The position numbers and the translations under genes are program-made. 64,000 nt of DNA from Myxococcales bacterium. Its GTDB lineage: Bacteria > Desulfobacterota > Binatia > HRBIN30. Shown here in pieces: positions 30,543 to 40,920 of this stretch. Position 1 is the stretch's first letter, and each line of letters opens with the position of its first letter. The notes below the pieces were generated by a model that had not been told where the DNA came from, searched no databases, and saw only the letters and a program-made list of their open reading frames with translations. The stretch is from NCBI GenBank assembly GCA_037445065.1, contig JBBILD010000001.1, forward strand, positions 160,001-224,000, read 5' to 3'.

Positions 30543-31174
30543 GCAGGTTTCGCTTCCCCAGTCCTTTGTATCCGATTGTAGACCCGGCCGGGCACCCGCA
30601 CCGTGACCATCTCTCCTTGGCGGAAGCGGTCTTGCGCGGCGGTGCCCCCTTTCTCCAACTCCGTTGCAAACAGCTTGACTCCCGGGCGTTCCTTGACTGT
30701 GCCCGCGCTGTGCAGCGGCTGTGCGTTGGTTTTGGTGCCCAGCTCCTGATCAACGACCGAGCTGACATCGCTGCCCTAGTCGGTGCGCTTGGGGTCCATT
30801 TGGGGCAGGAGGATGTACCCCCCGCGCTGATTCGGCCCTGGCTCGGCTCATCCGCAGTGATTGGCTGCTCCACGCACAACTTGAGCCAGGCACGTGTGGC
30901 CGCCCAGCAAGGCGAGGTGGATTATATAGCGGTCGGGCCGATCTTCCCGACGGCAAGCAAGGAAAACCCGGACCCCGTGGTGGGTTTGGACGGGCTCCGA
31001 CGGATTCGCCAGGCGGTTGCCCTGCCGATTGTCGCTATTGGCGGGATCACGGCAGACACGGCAGCAGAAGTATTGGCCGCTGGGGCCGATGCGGTAGCGA
31101 TGATCGGCGCTATTGCTCACAGTGACGACCCTGCCGGCACGGTCCGACGTTTGTTGGAGCAATTGCAGCCGTGA
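30539..31174 (+). CDS. thiE: Thiamine-phosphate synthase
   Basis: [34 protein letters not shown]. Confidence 0.92.
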   Translation: MSRFRFPSPLYPIVDPAGHPHRDHLSLAEAVLRGGAPFLQLRCKQLDSRAFLDCARAVQRLCVGFGAQLLINDRADIAALVGALGVHLGQEDVPPALIRPWLGSSAVIGCSTHNLSQARVAAQQGEVDYIAVGPIFPTASKENPDPVVGLDGLRRIRQAVALPIVAIGGITADTAAEVLAAGADAVAMIGAIAHSDDPAGTVRRLLEQLQP

Positions 31175-31237
31175 CTTGGGGCTGGGGGGACTGCGGTGCC
31201 CTTCCTGAAAGCATCACCGGAGCGCCGGATCCTGATC

Positions 31238-33487
31238 CTAACGGCCACGCATGAGATTCAAGGCCGCGCCGGCACGGAACCACTCGAGCTGTTCAGAACT
31301 GAAGCTGTGCCGACACCAAAGGGTTTCTTCGCTGCCGTCCGCGTGATGCAGAATCACCCGTACCGGCTTGCCCGGTGCAAGCTCGCGCAAGCCAACAATG
31401 CTGATGCGATCGTCCTCGCGAATCTTGTCGTAGTCTTCCGGGTTTTCGAAGACGAGCGGCAGGAGCCCTTGCTTCTTGAGGTTGGTTTCGTGAATCCGCG
31501 CGAAGCTGCGAGCCAAAATGGCTTTACAGCCGAGGTAGCGAGGCTCCATAGCGGCGTGTTCGCGGCTCGATCCTTCGCCGTAATTTTCGTCGCCGACAGC
31601 CACCCACCCGATTCCGTGCGCTTTGTAATCGCGCGCGATGGTTGGGAAGGGAACACCGCGTTCACCGGTGCGCAGGTTACGCCCGCACCCGACCTCTCCG
31701 GTAAAGGCGTTGACCACGCCAGTAAACAAGTTGTCGCTGATCTTATCCAGGTGGCCCCGGTAGCGAAGCCAGGGCCCAGCCGGAGAAATGTGATCGGTTG
31801 TGCACTTGCCCTTGGCTTTCACGAGCACCGCTAAGCGTTCGAAGTCATTGCCATCCCAGGGGGGAAATGGTTCGAGCAACTGCAGGCGCTCGCTATCGGG
31901 CTTGACGCGCAGCTCCACCTGGCTGCCGTCTTCCGGTGGCTCGATGTAGCCCGCGGTACCAGGGGCAAAGCCCTGCGCTGGTAACTCTGGTGCGCTGGGG
32001 GGCTCTAAATACACCGGCTCGCCGTTGGGGCCGGAAAGCGGATCGGAAAGAGGATCGAAGTCCAAGCGCCCGGCCAATGCGAGTGCGGTCACGATTTCAG
32101 GACTGCCAATAAACGCAAGCGTTTCTGGGTTGGAGTCGTTACGGGCTGGGAAGTTGCGGTTGAACGAGGTAACGATCGAGTTGCGCTCTCCTTTGCGAAT
32201 ATCGTCGCGCTGCCACTGGCCGATACAAGGACCGCACGCGTTCGCGAGCACCACGCCGCCGATCCCGGTAAGAACGTCCATCAGCCCGTCCCGGCGGATC
32301 GTGTTGTGGATTTGGTCAGACCCCGGGGTAATCAGAAACTTCGTGCGTGCGCGAATTCCGCGCTGCAAAGCCTGGCGCGCCACGTGAGCGGCGCGCCCAA
32401 TGTCCTCGTACGAGGAGTTCGTGCAGCTCCCCACCAAGGCCGCCCGGATCTCCAGCGGGTAGCCGTGCTTCTGAGCATCCTCTTTGAGTTTGGAAATGGG
32501 GCGAGCGAGGTCCGGAGAGTGCGGCCCGACCACGTGCGGTTCGAGTGCAGACAGGTCAATTTCGATGACCTCGTCGTAGTATCGTTCCGGTGCCTCCCAC
32601 ACTTCCGGGTCGGCGCGGAAGGAGTCGGCGAAGCGGTCGGCCAGTTCGGCTACAGCTGCACGGTTGGTTGCGCGCAGGTAGGTGGCCATGCGCTGGTCAT
32701 AGGGGAAGATGGAAGTCGTCGCACCCAGCTCGGCCCCCATGTTCGTGATCGTTGCCTTGCCAGTGCAGCTAACGGACGCAGTACCCGGGCCGAAGTACTC
32801 GATTATTTTACCCGTGCCGCCCTTCACGGTCATGAGACCGGCCAGCTTCAAAATGACGTCCTTCGGTGCAGTCCAACCGGACAACTGCCCGATCAGGCGA
32901 ACCCCTACGAGCCGGGGCACTTGCACGCTCCACGGCAACCCCGCCATGACCTCGGCGGCATCGGACCCGCCGACGCCGATTGCCAACATGCCTAAGCCAC
33001 CAGCATTCGGAGTGTGGGAGTCGGTGCCGATCATCAAGCCCCCGGGAAAGGCGTAATTCTCCAGGACGACTTGGTGGATGATTCCCGAGCCTGGTTTCCA
33101 GAAGCCGATCCCGTACTTTTGCGAGGCGGAAAGCAGGAACTGGTAGACCTCGTCGTTTTCTCGCAACGCAGCCTCGGTATCCTCCGCTGCGCCGACGCGT
33201 GCCCGAATCAGGTGGTCGCAGTGAACCGTGGTCGGGACGGCAACCCGCTTGCGGCCCGCTTGGATGAACTGCAGAAGAGCCATCTGCGCGGTGGCGTCTT
33301 GCATGGCTACCCGGTCCGGCCATAGTTCGATCCACGCGTGGCCTCGCTCGAGGTCGGCGTGCTCGGGATCCTTAAGGTGAGCAAAAAGGACTTTCTCGGC
33401 TAGCGTCAAGGGACGGCCTAGCCGTTTGCGCATGAACGCAATGCGTTCGGGGTAGCGCTCATACAACGCTCGGATTGCTTCGATCAT
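31238..33487 (-). CDS. acn: Aconitate hydratase (mitochondrial-like subfamily)
   Basis: [60 protein letters not shown]. Confidence 0.95.
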   Translation of the reverse strand: MIEAIRALYERYPERIAFMRKRLGRPLTLAEKVLFAHLKDPEHADLERGHAWIELWPDRVAMQDATAQMALLQFIQAGRKRVAVPTTVHCDHLIRARVGAAEDTEAALRENDEVYQFLLSASQKYGIGFWKPGSGIIHQVVLENYAFPGGLMIGTDSHTPNAGGLGMLAIGVGGSDAAEVMAGLPWSVQVPRLVGVRLIGQLSGWTAPKDVILKLAGLMTVKGGTGKIIEYFGPGTASVSCTGKATITNMGAELGATTSIFPYDQRMATYLRATNRAAVAELADRFADSFRADPEVWEAPERYYDEVIEIDLSALEPHVVGPHSPDLARPISKLKEDAQKHGYPLEIRAALVGSCTNSSYEDIGRAAHVARQALQRGIRARTKFLITPGSDQIHNTIRRDGLMDVLTGIGGVVLANACGPCIGQWQRDDIRKGERNSIVTSFNRNFPARNDSNPETLAFIGSPEIVTALALAGRLDFDPLSDPLSGPNGEPVYLEPPSAPELPAQGFAPGTAGYIEPPEDGSQVELRVKPDSERLQLLEPFPPWDGNDFERLAVLVKAKGKCTTDHISPAGPWLRYRGHLDKISDNLFTGVVNAFTGEVGCGRNLRTGERGVPFPTIARDYKAHGIGWVAVGDENYGEGSSREHAAMEPRYLGCKAILARSFARIHETNLKKQGLLPLVFENPEDYDKIREDDRISIVGLRELAPGKPVRVILHHADGSEETLWCRHSFSSEQLEWFRAGAALNLMRGR

Positions 33488-33574
33488 CTTGGTTTCACTC
33501 TTCGAGAGAGCCGTCAGCGTTCGTTGGGGTCGCTCTGCTTGTTCGGAATGAATCTAGCGTCCGTTCGTGCAAGC

Positions 33575-33865
33575 TCACGCGGCCGAAGCGAGGCTCTGGT
33601 TGAGAACATCCGCCAGCTGGTCGTCGCGTTCCCACGGGCCGTCTTTTGAGCGGCGAATGCATGAACCGACATAATCATACCGCCGCCAGTAGATAACCCG
33701 TTCTGCCGCCCCGCTCGGGTCGCGCCGCGGGTGGCGATAAAGCCAGCGCTCGTTGTAACGAAAGCCGTTTTCTTCCTGTTCGCGGGGTTCATTCACCGAG
33801 CCTTCCGCTTCGTCCGGTGTGCCGAACCAACGCACGATGTCATTGCGGCGAATCGCCTTTCTCAT
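33575..33865 (-). CDS. Hypothetical protein between trxA and aconitase
   Basis: GAGG SD, tight coupling to the trxA stop, protein-like composition (WFGTPD, ERWLY). Confidence 0.7.
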   Translation of the reverse strand: MRKAIRRNDIVRWFGTPDEAEGSVNEPREQEENGFRYNERWLYRHPRRDPSGAAERVIYWRRYDYVGSCIRRSKDGPWERDDQLADVLNQSLASAA

Positions 33866-33872
33866 CCTCACC

Positions 33873-34196
33873 TCACACCACGGCTTGCACGGCTTTTTCC
33901 AGCACGGCCTTGGGTACGGCGCCCACGATTTGGTCCTTTACCTCGCCGTTTTTGAACAAGACGAGATTCGGGATGCCACGCACTCCATAGCGCGCCGGTG
34001 TTTCCGGGTTGTCGTCAACGTTGATTTTGACCACTTTGAGCTTGCCAGCGTACTCTTTGGCCAGCTCGTCGACGAGCGGAGCAATTGCCCGGCATGGGCC
34101 GCACCACGGCGCCCAAAAGTCCACCAGCACGGGAATGGGCGAGTGCAGAACTTCTCGCTCGAACGTCGCATCGGACACGGAAAGAACGTCTGCCAC
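33873..34196 (-). CDS. trxA: Thioredoxin
   Basis: [23 protein letters not shown] before the GTG. Confidence 0.97.
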   Translation of the reverse strand: MADVLSVSDATFEREVLHSPIPVLVDFWAPWCGPCRAIAPLVDELAKEYAGKLKVVKINVDDNPETPARYGVRGIPNLVLFKNGEVKDQIVGAVPKAVLEKAVQAVV

Positions 34197-34457
34197 AAAC
34201 ACACCCTCCTTGGTCTGGGATGATCGAACCTTAAGAGGCGAGGGCAGGGTGATCAAGGGCAAGAGGCCGCATGCGATGGACGGCTGGCCCAGCGCGGGGG
34301 CCACGCTCGGAGCGCCTCCGTATTCCAGAACAGCAACTGGTTCGGGCGCCTCGGCTTGGAAGTCGGGCAGAAAACTTCTGCCCTCTCGTTATTGACTTCG
34401 CCTTGGCGTGCCGTTACTCGCAAAGCCGTTTTGGCGCGGCCAATTCGAGGAGGCAAC

Positions 34458-34625
34458 ATGGACGATCTCTTATGGGCCAAACGGCGCGAGGAAGAGGAAG
34501 AGGAGGACTGGGAGGACGAGGAAGAAGAAGATTTCGAAGAGGATTGGCTTGACGAAGAAGACGAAGACTTTGACGACTTTGACGAAGACGACTGGGACGA
34601 CGACGAGGAGGAAGAGGACCTCTGA
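34458..34625 (+). CDS. 55-aa extremely acidic peptide
   Basis: GAGGAGG SD, ATG 34458, 39 of 55 residues D/E, stop 15 nt before dtd. Confidence 0.75.
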   Translation: MDDLLWAKRREEEEEEDWEDEEEEDFEEDWLDEEDEDFDDFDEDDWDDDEEEEDL

Positions 34626-34640
34626 CCAGTAGCTTCAGCG

Positions 34641-35087
34641 ATGCGCGCTGTTGTCCAGCGTGTCGCCCGCGCTGAGGTCCGGGTAGCGGGGCTGCCAGTT
34701 GGACAGATCGGGCGGGGCCTGCTGGTGTTACTGGGCGTGCACCGCGCGGATGGCACCGCGGACGCCGATTGGCTCTGTGAAAAGATCCTCGCTCTGAGAA
34801 TCTTCGAAAACGAAGCTGGGAAGTTCGACCGCTCTCTCCTCGAGGTCGGGGGAGCGGTGCTGGTCGTTTCCCAGTTTACGCTCCTTGGTGACGTAACGAA
34901 GGGTCGGCGCCCGTCATTTTCCGAGGCCGCGAGCCCTGAGCACGCCCGCGAGCTGTACGAGTACTTCGTGGCTCGGGTCCGAGCAGCGGGTGTGGCTTGT
35001 GAGACGGGCCAATTCGCTGCGCGCATGGAGGTGGAGTTGGTGAACGATGGTCCAGTTACAATTGTCTTGGATTCGCCCCATGTTTAA
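34641..35087 (+). CDS. dtd: D-aminoacyl-tRNA deacylase
   Basis: MRAVVQRV, VSQFTL, KGRRPSF, NDGPVT. Confidence 0.97.
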   Translation: MRAVVQRVARAEVRVAGLPVGQIGRGLLVLLGVHRADGTADADWLCEKILALRIFENEAGKFDRSLLEVGGAVLVVSQFTLLGDVTKGRRPSFSEAASPEHARELYEYFVARVRAAGVACETGQFAARMEVELVNDGPVTIVLDSPHV

Positions 35088-35098
35088 TTCCTGGAACC

Positions 35099-35560
35099 AT
35101 GGCGCAAGCGGGTTTTTACGCCATACCACCACAGCGGCTTTCGTTTCGGAAAGATGGCCGCTGGTACGCAAACGATGAGCCGGTGACGCACGAGCGGCTA
35201 GCTCGGTTTTTCAGCCGCTACCTGAGGCGCAAGCCAGACGGCTCCGGGTATGAGGTGTGGGTGGACGAGCGCTTCCACGCGGACGTTGAGGTGGAAGACA
35301 CACCATACGTAGTCACGGCTGTGCAGCGCGACGCAGAAGGAGCGTGGCAGGTATGTCTCAACGACGGTCGTTGGGAACCGCTGGTCATTGAGTCGTTGTC
35401 CTCGGGTTCCGACGGCGCCTTGTACTGCTCCGTGCCGAATGGCGAGCGCGCCCGCTTCTTGCGCCAGCCTCAAGCTTACTTACTCGAGCACGTGGAAGAA
35501 GAGGGCGGCCTCTTCTACCTAATGCAGCGTGGCCAGCGCGTGCCTTTACCCGTCCGATGA
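35099..35560 (+). CDS. DUF1285-like protein
   Basis: DGRWY...L.RFFSRYL...VEVEDTPYVV pattern. Confidence 0.7.
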   Translation: MAQAGFYAIPPQRLSFRKDGRWYANDEPVTHERLARFFSRYLRRKPDGSGYEVWVDERFHADVEVEDTPYVVTAVQRDAEGAWQVCLNDGRWEPLVIESLSSGSDGALYCSVPNGERARFLRQPQAYLLEHVEEEGGLFYLMQRGQRVPLPVR

Positions 35561-36017
35561 TCCGAAATTTCACGTCGTCTTGGTCGCACCAGAAATTCCC
35601 CCGAACACGGGGAGTATCGGGAGGCTCTGTGCCGCGACGCGCTGCCGCCTGCACCTCGTTCGCCCGCTCGGCTTCTCGCTCGAAGACCGTTACCTGAAAC
35701 GAGCCGGCTTGGATTACTGGCCCTACGTGGACCTTGAGGTTCATGACTCCTGGGAAGCGTTCCGCGCACGCTATCCGAGCCTCAAGCTCCACTTGTTTTC
35801 TGCGCGTTCGACGCGCTCGTTCTGGCAAGGCTGCTATCGGCCGGGCGATGCGCTGGTGTTCGGCAGCGAAAGCCGCGGCTTGCCGCGGGAATTGCTGGCC
35901 GCTTACCCGGAGGATACGTACGTAATCCCGATCTCGCATCCGAACGTGCGCAGCTTGAACTTATCCAACGCTGTTTCGATTGTGTTGTACGAAGCCTTGC
36001 GGCAAAGCCTATTGTGA
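35529..36017 (+). CDS. trmL: tRNA (cytidine/uridine-34-2'-O)-methyltransferase (start ambiguous)
   Basis: HVVLVAPEIPPNTG, RAGLDYW, FGSESRGLP, RSLNLSN. Confidence 0.93.
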   Translation: MASACLYPSDDPKFHVVLVAPEIPPNTGSIGRLCAATRCRLHLVRPLGFSLEDRYLKRAGLDYWPYVDLEVHDSWEAFRARYPSLKLHLFSARSTRSFWQGCYRPGDALVFGSESRGLPRELLAAYPEDTYVIPISHPNVRSLNLSNAVSIVLYEALRQSLL

Positions 36018-36020
36018 CGC

Positions 36021-37094
36021 ATGCACCCAGAGCACGAGCTGGTTCTCGATTTTATCGCGCAGCCGGAGGCGCAGCGTTTTAACGAATTGGCTCTCGCTGT
36101 TTTTCGCCATCAGTTCGAGGCGATCCCGGAATACCGCCGCTGGTGCGTGCAACAAGGTGTTCGCCCAGAGGACGTGACCGACTGGCGCCACATCCCGCCG
36201 CTTCCGGCGGTGGCTCTCAAGTACCGGCAGTTCTCCTGTGGCGAGCCGGAGCGTGTGTTCCTGAGCAGTGGGACCACGCAAGGAACTGAGCGGCGGAGCC
36301 GCCACGCGATGCCCGATCTCCAGTTGTACAGAGCCTCGGCACTAGCTGGGCTCAAACGGTACTTGTTCCCGGACCTCGAGCGAATGCAGATTGTTTCTTT
36401 GATCCCGAGTGCGGAGGAGTGGCCACACTCCTCCTTAGCTCAGATGGTGAGTTGGGCCGTGGAGGAATTCGGGGTTCCGGGGAGCGGTTTCTTCGCAGCC
36501 GCGAATACGTTCGACTTTGTCCGCCTGCGCGAGCAGCTCGAGACGAGCAGTGCGGCAGGAGAGGCTGTGTGCTTGATGGCAACCACGGCCGGCTTAGTGC
36601 GGTTCTTGGATCACTGCCAAGCGGCGGGATGGAGCGTGCGCTTGCCGCACGGCAGCCGCGTCATGGATACCGGCGGGCAAAAAGGAGTCGAACGCCCGCT
36701 TTCCCGCCGAGGTTTGCTCCACGCAATTTGGCAGGCCCTCGCAGTCCCGGGTTACTTCGTGGTCAACGAGTACGGCATGAGCGAACTTTCCTCCCAGTAC
36801 TTTGACAGTGTGATCGCGGATCGCTGGTCGGGCAAACTTCTACCACGCCGAAAACTGGCACCACCTTGGTTACGAACCCGCGTACTCGAACCCGTCAACA
36901 TGCGAGAAGTTCCTCCTGGAGAAGTTGGTTTGCTGTGCCACGTGGACCTTGCCAATGCCGGCTCCGTGTTGGCGCTTCTGACCGAAGACCTCGGGCGCTT
37001 GGTAGACGGCGGGCTCGAGGTGGTGGGACGGGTCGCGGGTGCCGAGCCGCGAGGGTGTTCGCTGGCCACCGGGGACTTTGTCGAGGGAGCGTGA
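36021..37094 (+). CDS. LuxE-family acyl-protein synthetase
   Basis: IPPLP..ALK, FLSSGTT, MDTGGQKG, NEYGMSELSSQ, DLAN, TEDLG, C-terminal RGCS acylation Cys. Confidence 0.88.
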   Translation: MHPEHELVLDFIAQPEAQRFNELALAVFRHQFEAIPEYRRWCVQQGVRPEDVTDWRHIPPLPAVALKYRQFSCGEPERVFLSSGTTQGTERRSRHAMPDLQLYRASALAGLKRYLFPDLERMQIVSLIPSAEEWPHSSLAQMVSWAVEEFGVPGSGFFAAANTFDFVRLREQLETSSAAGEAVCLMATTAGLVRFLDHCQAAGWSVRLPHGSRVMDTGGQKGVERPLSRRGLLHAIWQALAVPGYFVVNEYGMSELSSQYFDSVIADRWSGKLLPRRKLAPPWLRTRVLEPVNMREVPPGEVGLLCHVDLANAGSVLALLTEDLGRLVDGGLEVVGRVAGAEPRGCSLATGDFVEGA

Positions 37095-38440
37095 GCAACG
37101 TTGTGGGATGGACGCCGAGAGCATCCTCTCGCATCCCGCGTGTGGGCGGCATGTGCATGAATCACGGAGCGCACTCGGGGCCCCAAAATTCGGCACCGCC
37201 CCTGGAGGAAAGCCGAGCCATCTGCGGGCGCTTGGAGCGGTTGCGCTGGGCCGCTGGCCGTCTACGCCAACGGCCGCTTCGACAGAGGTTGGCTGCGCTT
37301 GAACGAGTTCGGGCGCAGTGGCTAGCCCCCGGATCGAGCTGGCTGGAGCGCGCTACCACCGAGATCGCAGCTGCCACTGGTTTTCATCCAAACATGGTGC
37401 GCCATGCGTTGCCTTTTCACTTCGAACCTCTCCACCCTGCACAGGTGCGCAAGTTGATGCGCGAAGAACTTAGCGCCTCACTGCGCGCTCGCAGCGGCGC
37501 AAGCCCTTCCCCAGAGATCATCGTTTTCGTGCTTGCTGGGAATCTTCCCGGCTTGGCGATTTGGCCTGCGTTCCTCGGCCTCGCGGTGGGCGCTGGTGTT
37601 GTGCTGAAGCCTGCAGCGGGGGACCCGGTATCTCCGTGGCTCCTGCTCGAATCCATTCGCTGCGCCGCTCCGGAGTTGGCAGAAGCGGTCTGGGTGTTTG
37701 CGTGGCGCGGCGGGGACCGCGTGGTCGAAAAGGCGTTGTTCGCAAAGGCGGATCTGGTGGTGGCGCAAGGAAGCGACGCGACCGTCACGGCCCTCGCCTC
37801 TTGGGTGCCGTGTCGCTTTTTGGGATACGGCTCGCGCTTGAGTTGCGCATTCGTGGCTCGAGAGATCCTGGAGCAGCGGCGCTGGCAACGAGTCGCAGCT
37901 CGCCGCTTGGCTACCGACGTGACGATTTGGGATCAAAGAGGTTGCCTTTCCCCGCACGTGTGTTTCGTGGAGTGCCAGAGTCCCCACGACCTAGACTCAT
38001 TCGGGGAATTGGTGGCTGCAGAGTTGCACCGCCTAGCGTGCATCTTGCCGCCCCGCCGGCGTACGGCTTGGGAGCAAGCTGCGGTGCGGTCCTTTCGCGA
38101 TCAGGCGCTATGGTCTGGGGCGAGGTTGCTTGGTAGCGAGGCCGACCTGGCATGGTCGCTGGCGATCGAGCCGGAAGCAAGTGTGCAGGCGACTTGCGGT
38201 GACCGCTGCGTTCGCGTGCAGCCTGTAGCCAATCTCGATGCACTGCGGGCCGCAATCGAGCCGCACTGCGGGACTCTCGAAGCTGTGGGGGTAGCGGTGG
38301 GGCGGAGGCGGCACGCGCAGGTGGTGGAGACGCTGCGTGGTGCTGGAGTTGCGAACGTGGTGCGGCTCGGGTCCATGCAGCGCCCCACGCTCGCCTGGAA
38401 GCCAGGCGGCCGTCCGCGGATCGGTGAATGGTTTGTGTGA
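37091..38440 (+). CDS. LuxC-family acyl-CoA/acyl-protein reductase
   Basis: GTGA overlap with luxE; AGNLP, LKPA, QGSDATV, GYGSRLS, catalytic DQRGCLSP. Confidence 0.85.
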   Translation: MSNVVGWTPRASSRIPRVGGMCMNHGAHSGPQNSAPPLEESRAICGRLERLRWAAGRLRQRPLRQRLAALERVRAQWLAPGSSWLERATTEIAAATGFHPNMVRHALPFHFEPLHPAQVRKLMREELSASLRARSGASPSPEIIVFVLAGNLPGLAIWPAFLGLAVGAGVVLKPAAGDPVSPWLLLESIRCAAPELAEAVWVFAWRGGDRVVEKALFAKADLVVAQGSDATVTALASWVPCRFLGYGSRLSCAFVAREILEQRRWQRVAARRLATDVTIWDQRGCLSPHVCFVECQSPHDLDSFGELVAAELHRLACILPPRRRTAWEQAAVRSFRDQALWSGARLLGSEADLAWSLAIEPEASVQATCGDRCVRVQPVANLDALRAAIEPHCGTLEAVGVAVGRRRHAQVVETLRGAGVANVVRLGSMQRPTLAWKPGGRPRIGEWFV

Positions 38441-38450
38441 GAGAGCGCTC

Positions 38451-39653
38451 ATGACCGAACGGAGTCTACGGGAAACGTTTTTTCGCCATGTTTGCCAAAC
38501 CTCGCCGGAGCCGCTGGGAATCGAGGTGGTGAAAGCGCAGGGAAGTCGAATCTGGGATCGTCAAGGTCGGGCCTACCTCGATCTGCTTGCGGGGATGGGA
38601 GTCGCGAATCTCGGTCACAACCACCCGTCCGTGGTCAGGGCAATCGCGGAACAAGCGAGCAGGTACCTTCACGTAGCGGTGTACGGGGAAATGGTTCTCG
38701 AACCTCAAGTGCGACTCGCGGAGACCTTGGCTGAAGTGAGCCCGGGAGAACTCTCCGTGGTGTATTTTGCCAACAGTGGCGCCGAGGCGATCGAGGGAGC
38801 GATGAAGGCAGCACGGAAGTTTACCGACCGCTCGCGCTTCGTTGCGTTCGAGGGGGCCTTTCACGGAGACACGCTGGGGGCACTGTCCTTGAACGGAAAC
38901 CCGTTGTACCGAGAGCCGTTCGAGCCCCTGTTGCCGGTGGTGGACTTCCTGCCGTACGGGTCGTCCGAGGTTTTGGGCCGCATTGGGCACGACGTGGCGG
39001 CGGTCATTGTGGAGCCGTTGCAAAGCGAAGGAGGTGTGCGCATTCCTCCGGATGACTTCTTGCCTTCGTTGCGCGAGCGCTGCCGGGAGGTGGGTGCGCT
39101 TTTGGTATTCGACGAAGTGCTCACGGGTTTTGGACGTACCGGTAAGTTGTTTGCCTGCAACCACTGGGAGGTGACGCCAGATATCCTGGTCCTCGCCAAA
39201 GCACTTGGTGGGGGCCTTCCCTTGGGTGCCTTCGTTGGCACGGCGGAGGTGATGCGCACTTTGGGAGAGAATCCACCTTTAGCGCACGTCACCACGTTCG
39301 GAGGACACCCTCTCAGTTGCGCGGCTGGCTTGGCGGCGTTGCGGGTGTTGCTGGAGGAAAACTGGATCCAGCGAGCCGCACGGGTCGGCGAGCAGTGGCG
39401 CAGGGATCTCGAACGAGCGCTGGCCGGTGCCGTGCGGGAAGTCCGGGGGCGCGGGATGTTGGTAGGGATCGAGTTCGATACTGCGGAGCGCACGCGCGCT
39501 TTTGCCCGCGAGTGCCTAGCCCGTGGACTAATTGCGAGCGGGACCTTGCACTGTGACAACGTGCTGCGCCTGCTGCCCCCGCTCACAATCGAGGAGGGAG
39601 AACTGGAATTCGCCACGCAAGTCATGGCAGAGGCAGCACGTCAGATTCGGTAG
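38451..39653 (+). CDS. Class III PLP aminotransferase (ArgD-like fold, QTSP subfamily)
   Basis: YLDLLAG, NSGAEAIEG, FHGDT, DEVLTGFGRTG, AKALGGG, TTFGG. Confidence 0.9.
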   Translation: MTERSLRETFFRHVCQTSPEPLGIEVVKAQGSRIWDRQGRAYLDLLAGMGVANLGHNHPSVVRAIAEQASRYLHVAVYGEMVLEPQVRLAETLAEVSPGELSVVYFANSGAEAIEGAMKAARKFTDRSRFVAFEGAFHGDTLGALSLNGNPLYREPFEPLLPVVDFLPYGSSEVLGRIGHDVAAVIVEPLQSEGGVRIPPDDFLPSLRERCREVGALLVFDEVLTGFGRTGKLFACNHWEVTPDILVLAKALGGGLPLGAFVGTAEVMRTLGENPPLAHVTTFGGHPLSCAAGLAALRVLLEENWIQRAARVGEQWRRDLERALAGAVREVRGRGMLVGIEFDTAERTRAFARECLARGLIASGTLHCDNVLRLLPPLTIEEGELEFATQVMAEAARQIR

Positions 39654-39669
39654 AGGAGTCCTGCACGCA

Positions 39670-40899
39670 ATGAAGGCGCTGGTTGTCACGAACAATATCC
39701 CGCGGATCGCCGTTACCAGGCTGCTCGCTGCGTTCACGCCGCGGGCGTATGTGAGCGCCGTGGCGCCGCTGGCTCTGCGTGACTTGCCTGTTCCCCCGCT
39801 GCGACCACGCTGGGTGCGAATCCGTACGGTTCTCTGTGGCCTGTGTGGCAGCGACTACAAACAAGTGTTCCTAAAAGGAGCGATGGACAATCCCATGACC
39901 GCGGTCATTTCGTGGCCCCAGGTGCTCGGTCACGAGGTGGTCGGTGTGGTGGAAGAGATCGGCAGGGAAGTCGATCCGGCTTGGCTCGGCAGGCGCGTCG
40001 TCTTGAATCCATGGCTTTGGTGCGAGGTGCGCGGGATCGAGCCCGCTTGTGAATGGTGCCGGAACGGTGACTACGCGCAGTGCCGGAACTTCACGCGCGG
40101 TACGATCGCGCCTGGGATTCATCATGGAAACAGCCGCGACGCCACCGGTGGTTTTGCCGAGCTGGTGCCCGCGCACGTGGCACAGTTAGTACCGATTCCC
40201 GATGCGGTGAGTTTCGACCGCGCGGTGTTGGCCGATCCGTTCTCCGTGTCTCTGCACGCCACCCTGCGCAACCCTCCGCCTCCGAATGGCACGGCTGTGG
40301 TGTATGGTTGTGGTACGCTGGGCCTGCTGAACGTGGCGATTCTGCGGTTGCTGTTTCCGGGGGTGCGTGTGCTTGCCGTGGCGCGGTATCCGCACCAGGC
40401 TGAGCAAGCGGTTGCCTTCGGAGCACAGGAAGTGGTGCCTTGGCGTCCCCTGCCTAGCCTGCTCGAGCGGATTGCGGCGGTCACTGGTGCCGAGTTGTTG
40501 CAGCCTTGGCGTGGGTTGCCGATGTTGGACGGTGGTGTGGATGTCGTCTACGATTCCGTAGGCTCTCCGGAGACAATCGAAGTCGGTGTCCGGATCACGC
40601 GCAGCCGGGGGAAGATCGTAGTCACGGGAGTCGAAATGCCCCGGCGCTTCGAGTGGACCCCGCTGTACTTCAAGGAGATTTCCTTGGTGGGATCCAATGC
40701 ATTCGGCGTGGAAGAATGGGAGGGACGGCGGCAGCATGCGATGGAGTGGTACCTGGAGTGGGTACGAGCGCGAGATCTCGATCTGACTTCGATCATCACC
40801 CATCGCTTTCCGCTGAGCGCTTACCGGGACGCGTTCCTGGCGTGCTTCGATCAGGGCCGTTCCCGCGCCATCAAAGTGCTGTTTACCTTCCCGCACTAG
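39670..40899 (+). CDS. Zn-dependent alcohol dehydrogenase (MDR)
   Basis: GLCGSD, GHEVVG, C..C..C..C Zn site, GCGTLG. Confidence 0.9.
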   Translation: MKALVVTNNIPRIAVTRLLAAFTPRAYVSAVAPLALRDLPVPPLRPRWVRIRTVLCGLCGSDYKQVFLKGAMDNPMTAVISWPQVLGHEVVGVVEEIGREVDPAWLGRRVVLNPWLWCEVRGIEPACEWCRNGDYAQCRNFTRGTIAPGIHHGNSRDATGGFAELVPAHVAQLVPIPDAVSFDRAVLADPFSVSLHATLRNPPPPNGTAVVYGCGTLGLLNVAILRLLFPGVRVLAVARYPHQAEQAVAFGAQEVVPWRPLPSLLERIAAVTGAELLQPWRGLPMLDGGVDVVYDSVGSPETIEVGVRITRSRGKIVVTGVEMPRRFEWTPLYFKEISLVGSNAFGVEEWEGRRQHAMEWYLEWVRARDLDLTSIITHRFPLSAYRDAFLACFDQGRSRAIKVLFTFPH

Positions 40900-40920
40900 G
40901 CCGCGCGTGCTCTAAAGCTT

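Noticed and set aside
31238..33487. Mitochondrial-like aconitase as a eukaryote-derived transfer
   Set aside because: This subfamily is already known in several bacterial phyla, and the composition looks native
34253..35026. Ser-rich 257-aa minus-strand ORF
   Set aside because: Mirror of the acidic peptide and dtd; the plus strand has the SD and operon context
36021..38440. Bioluminescence (lux) operon
   Set aside because: No luxA, luxB, luxD or luxG in the window; only the reductase components are present
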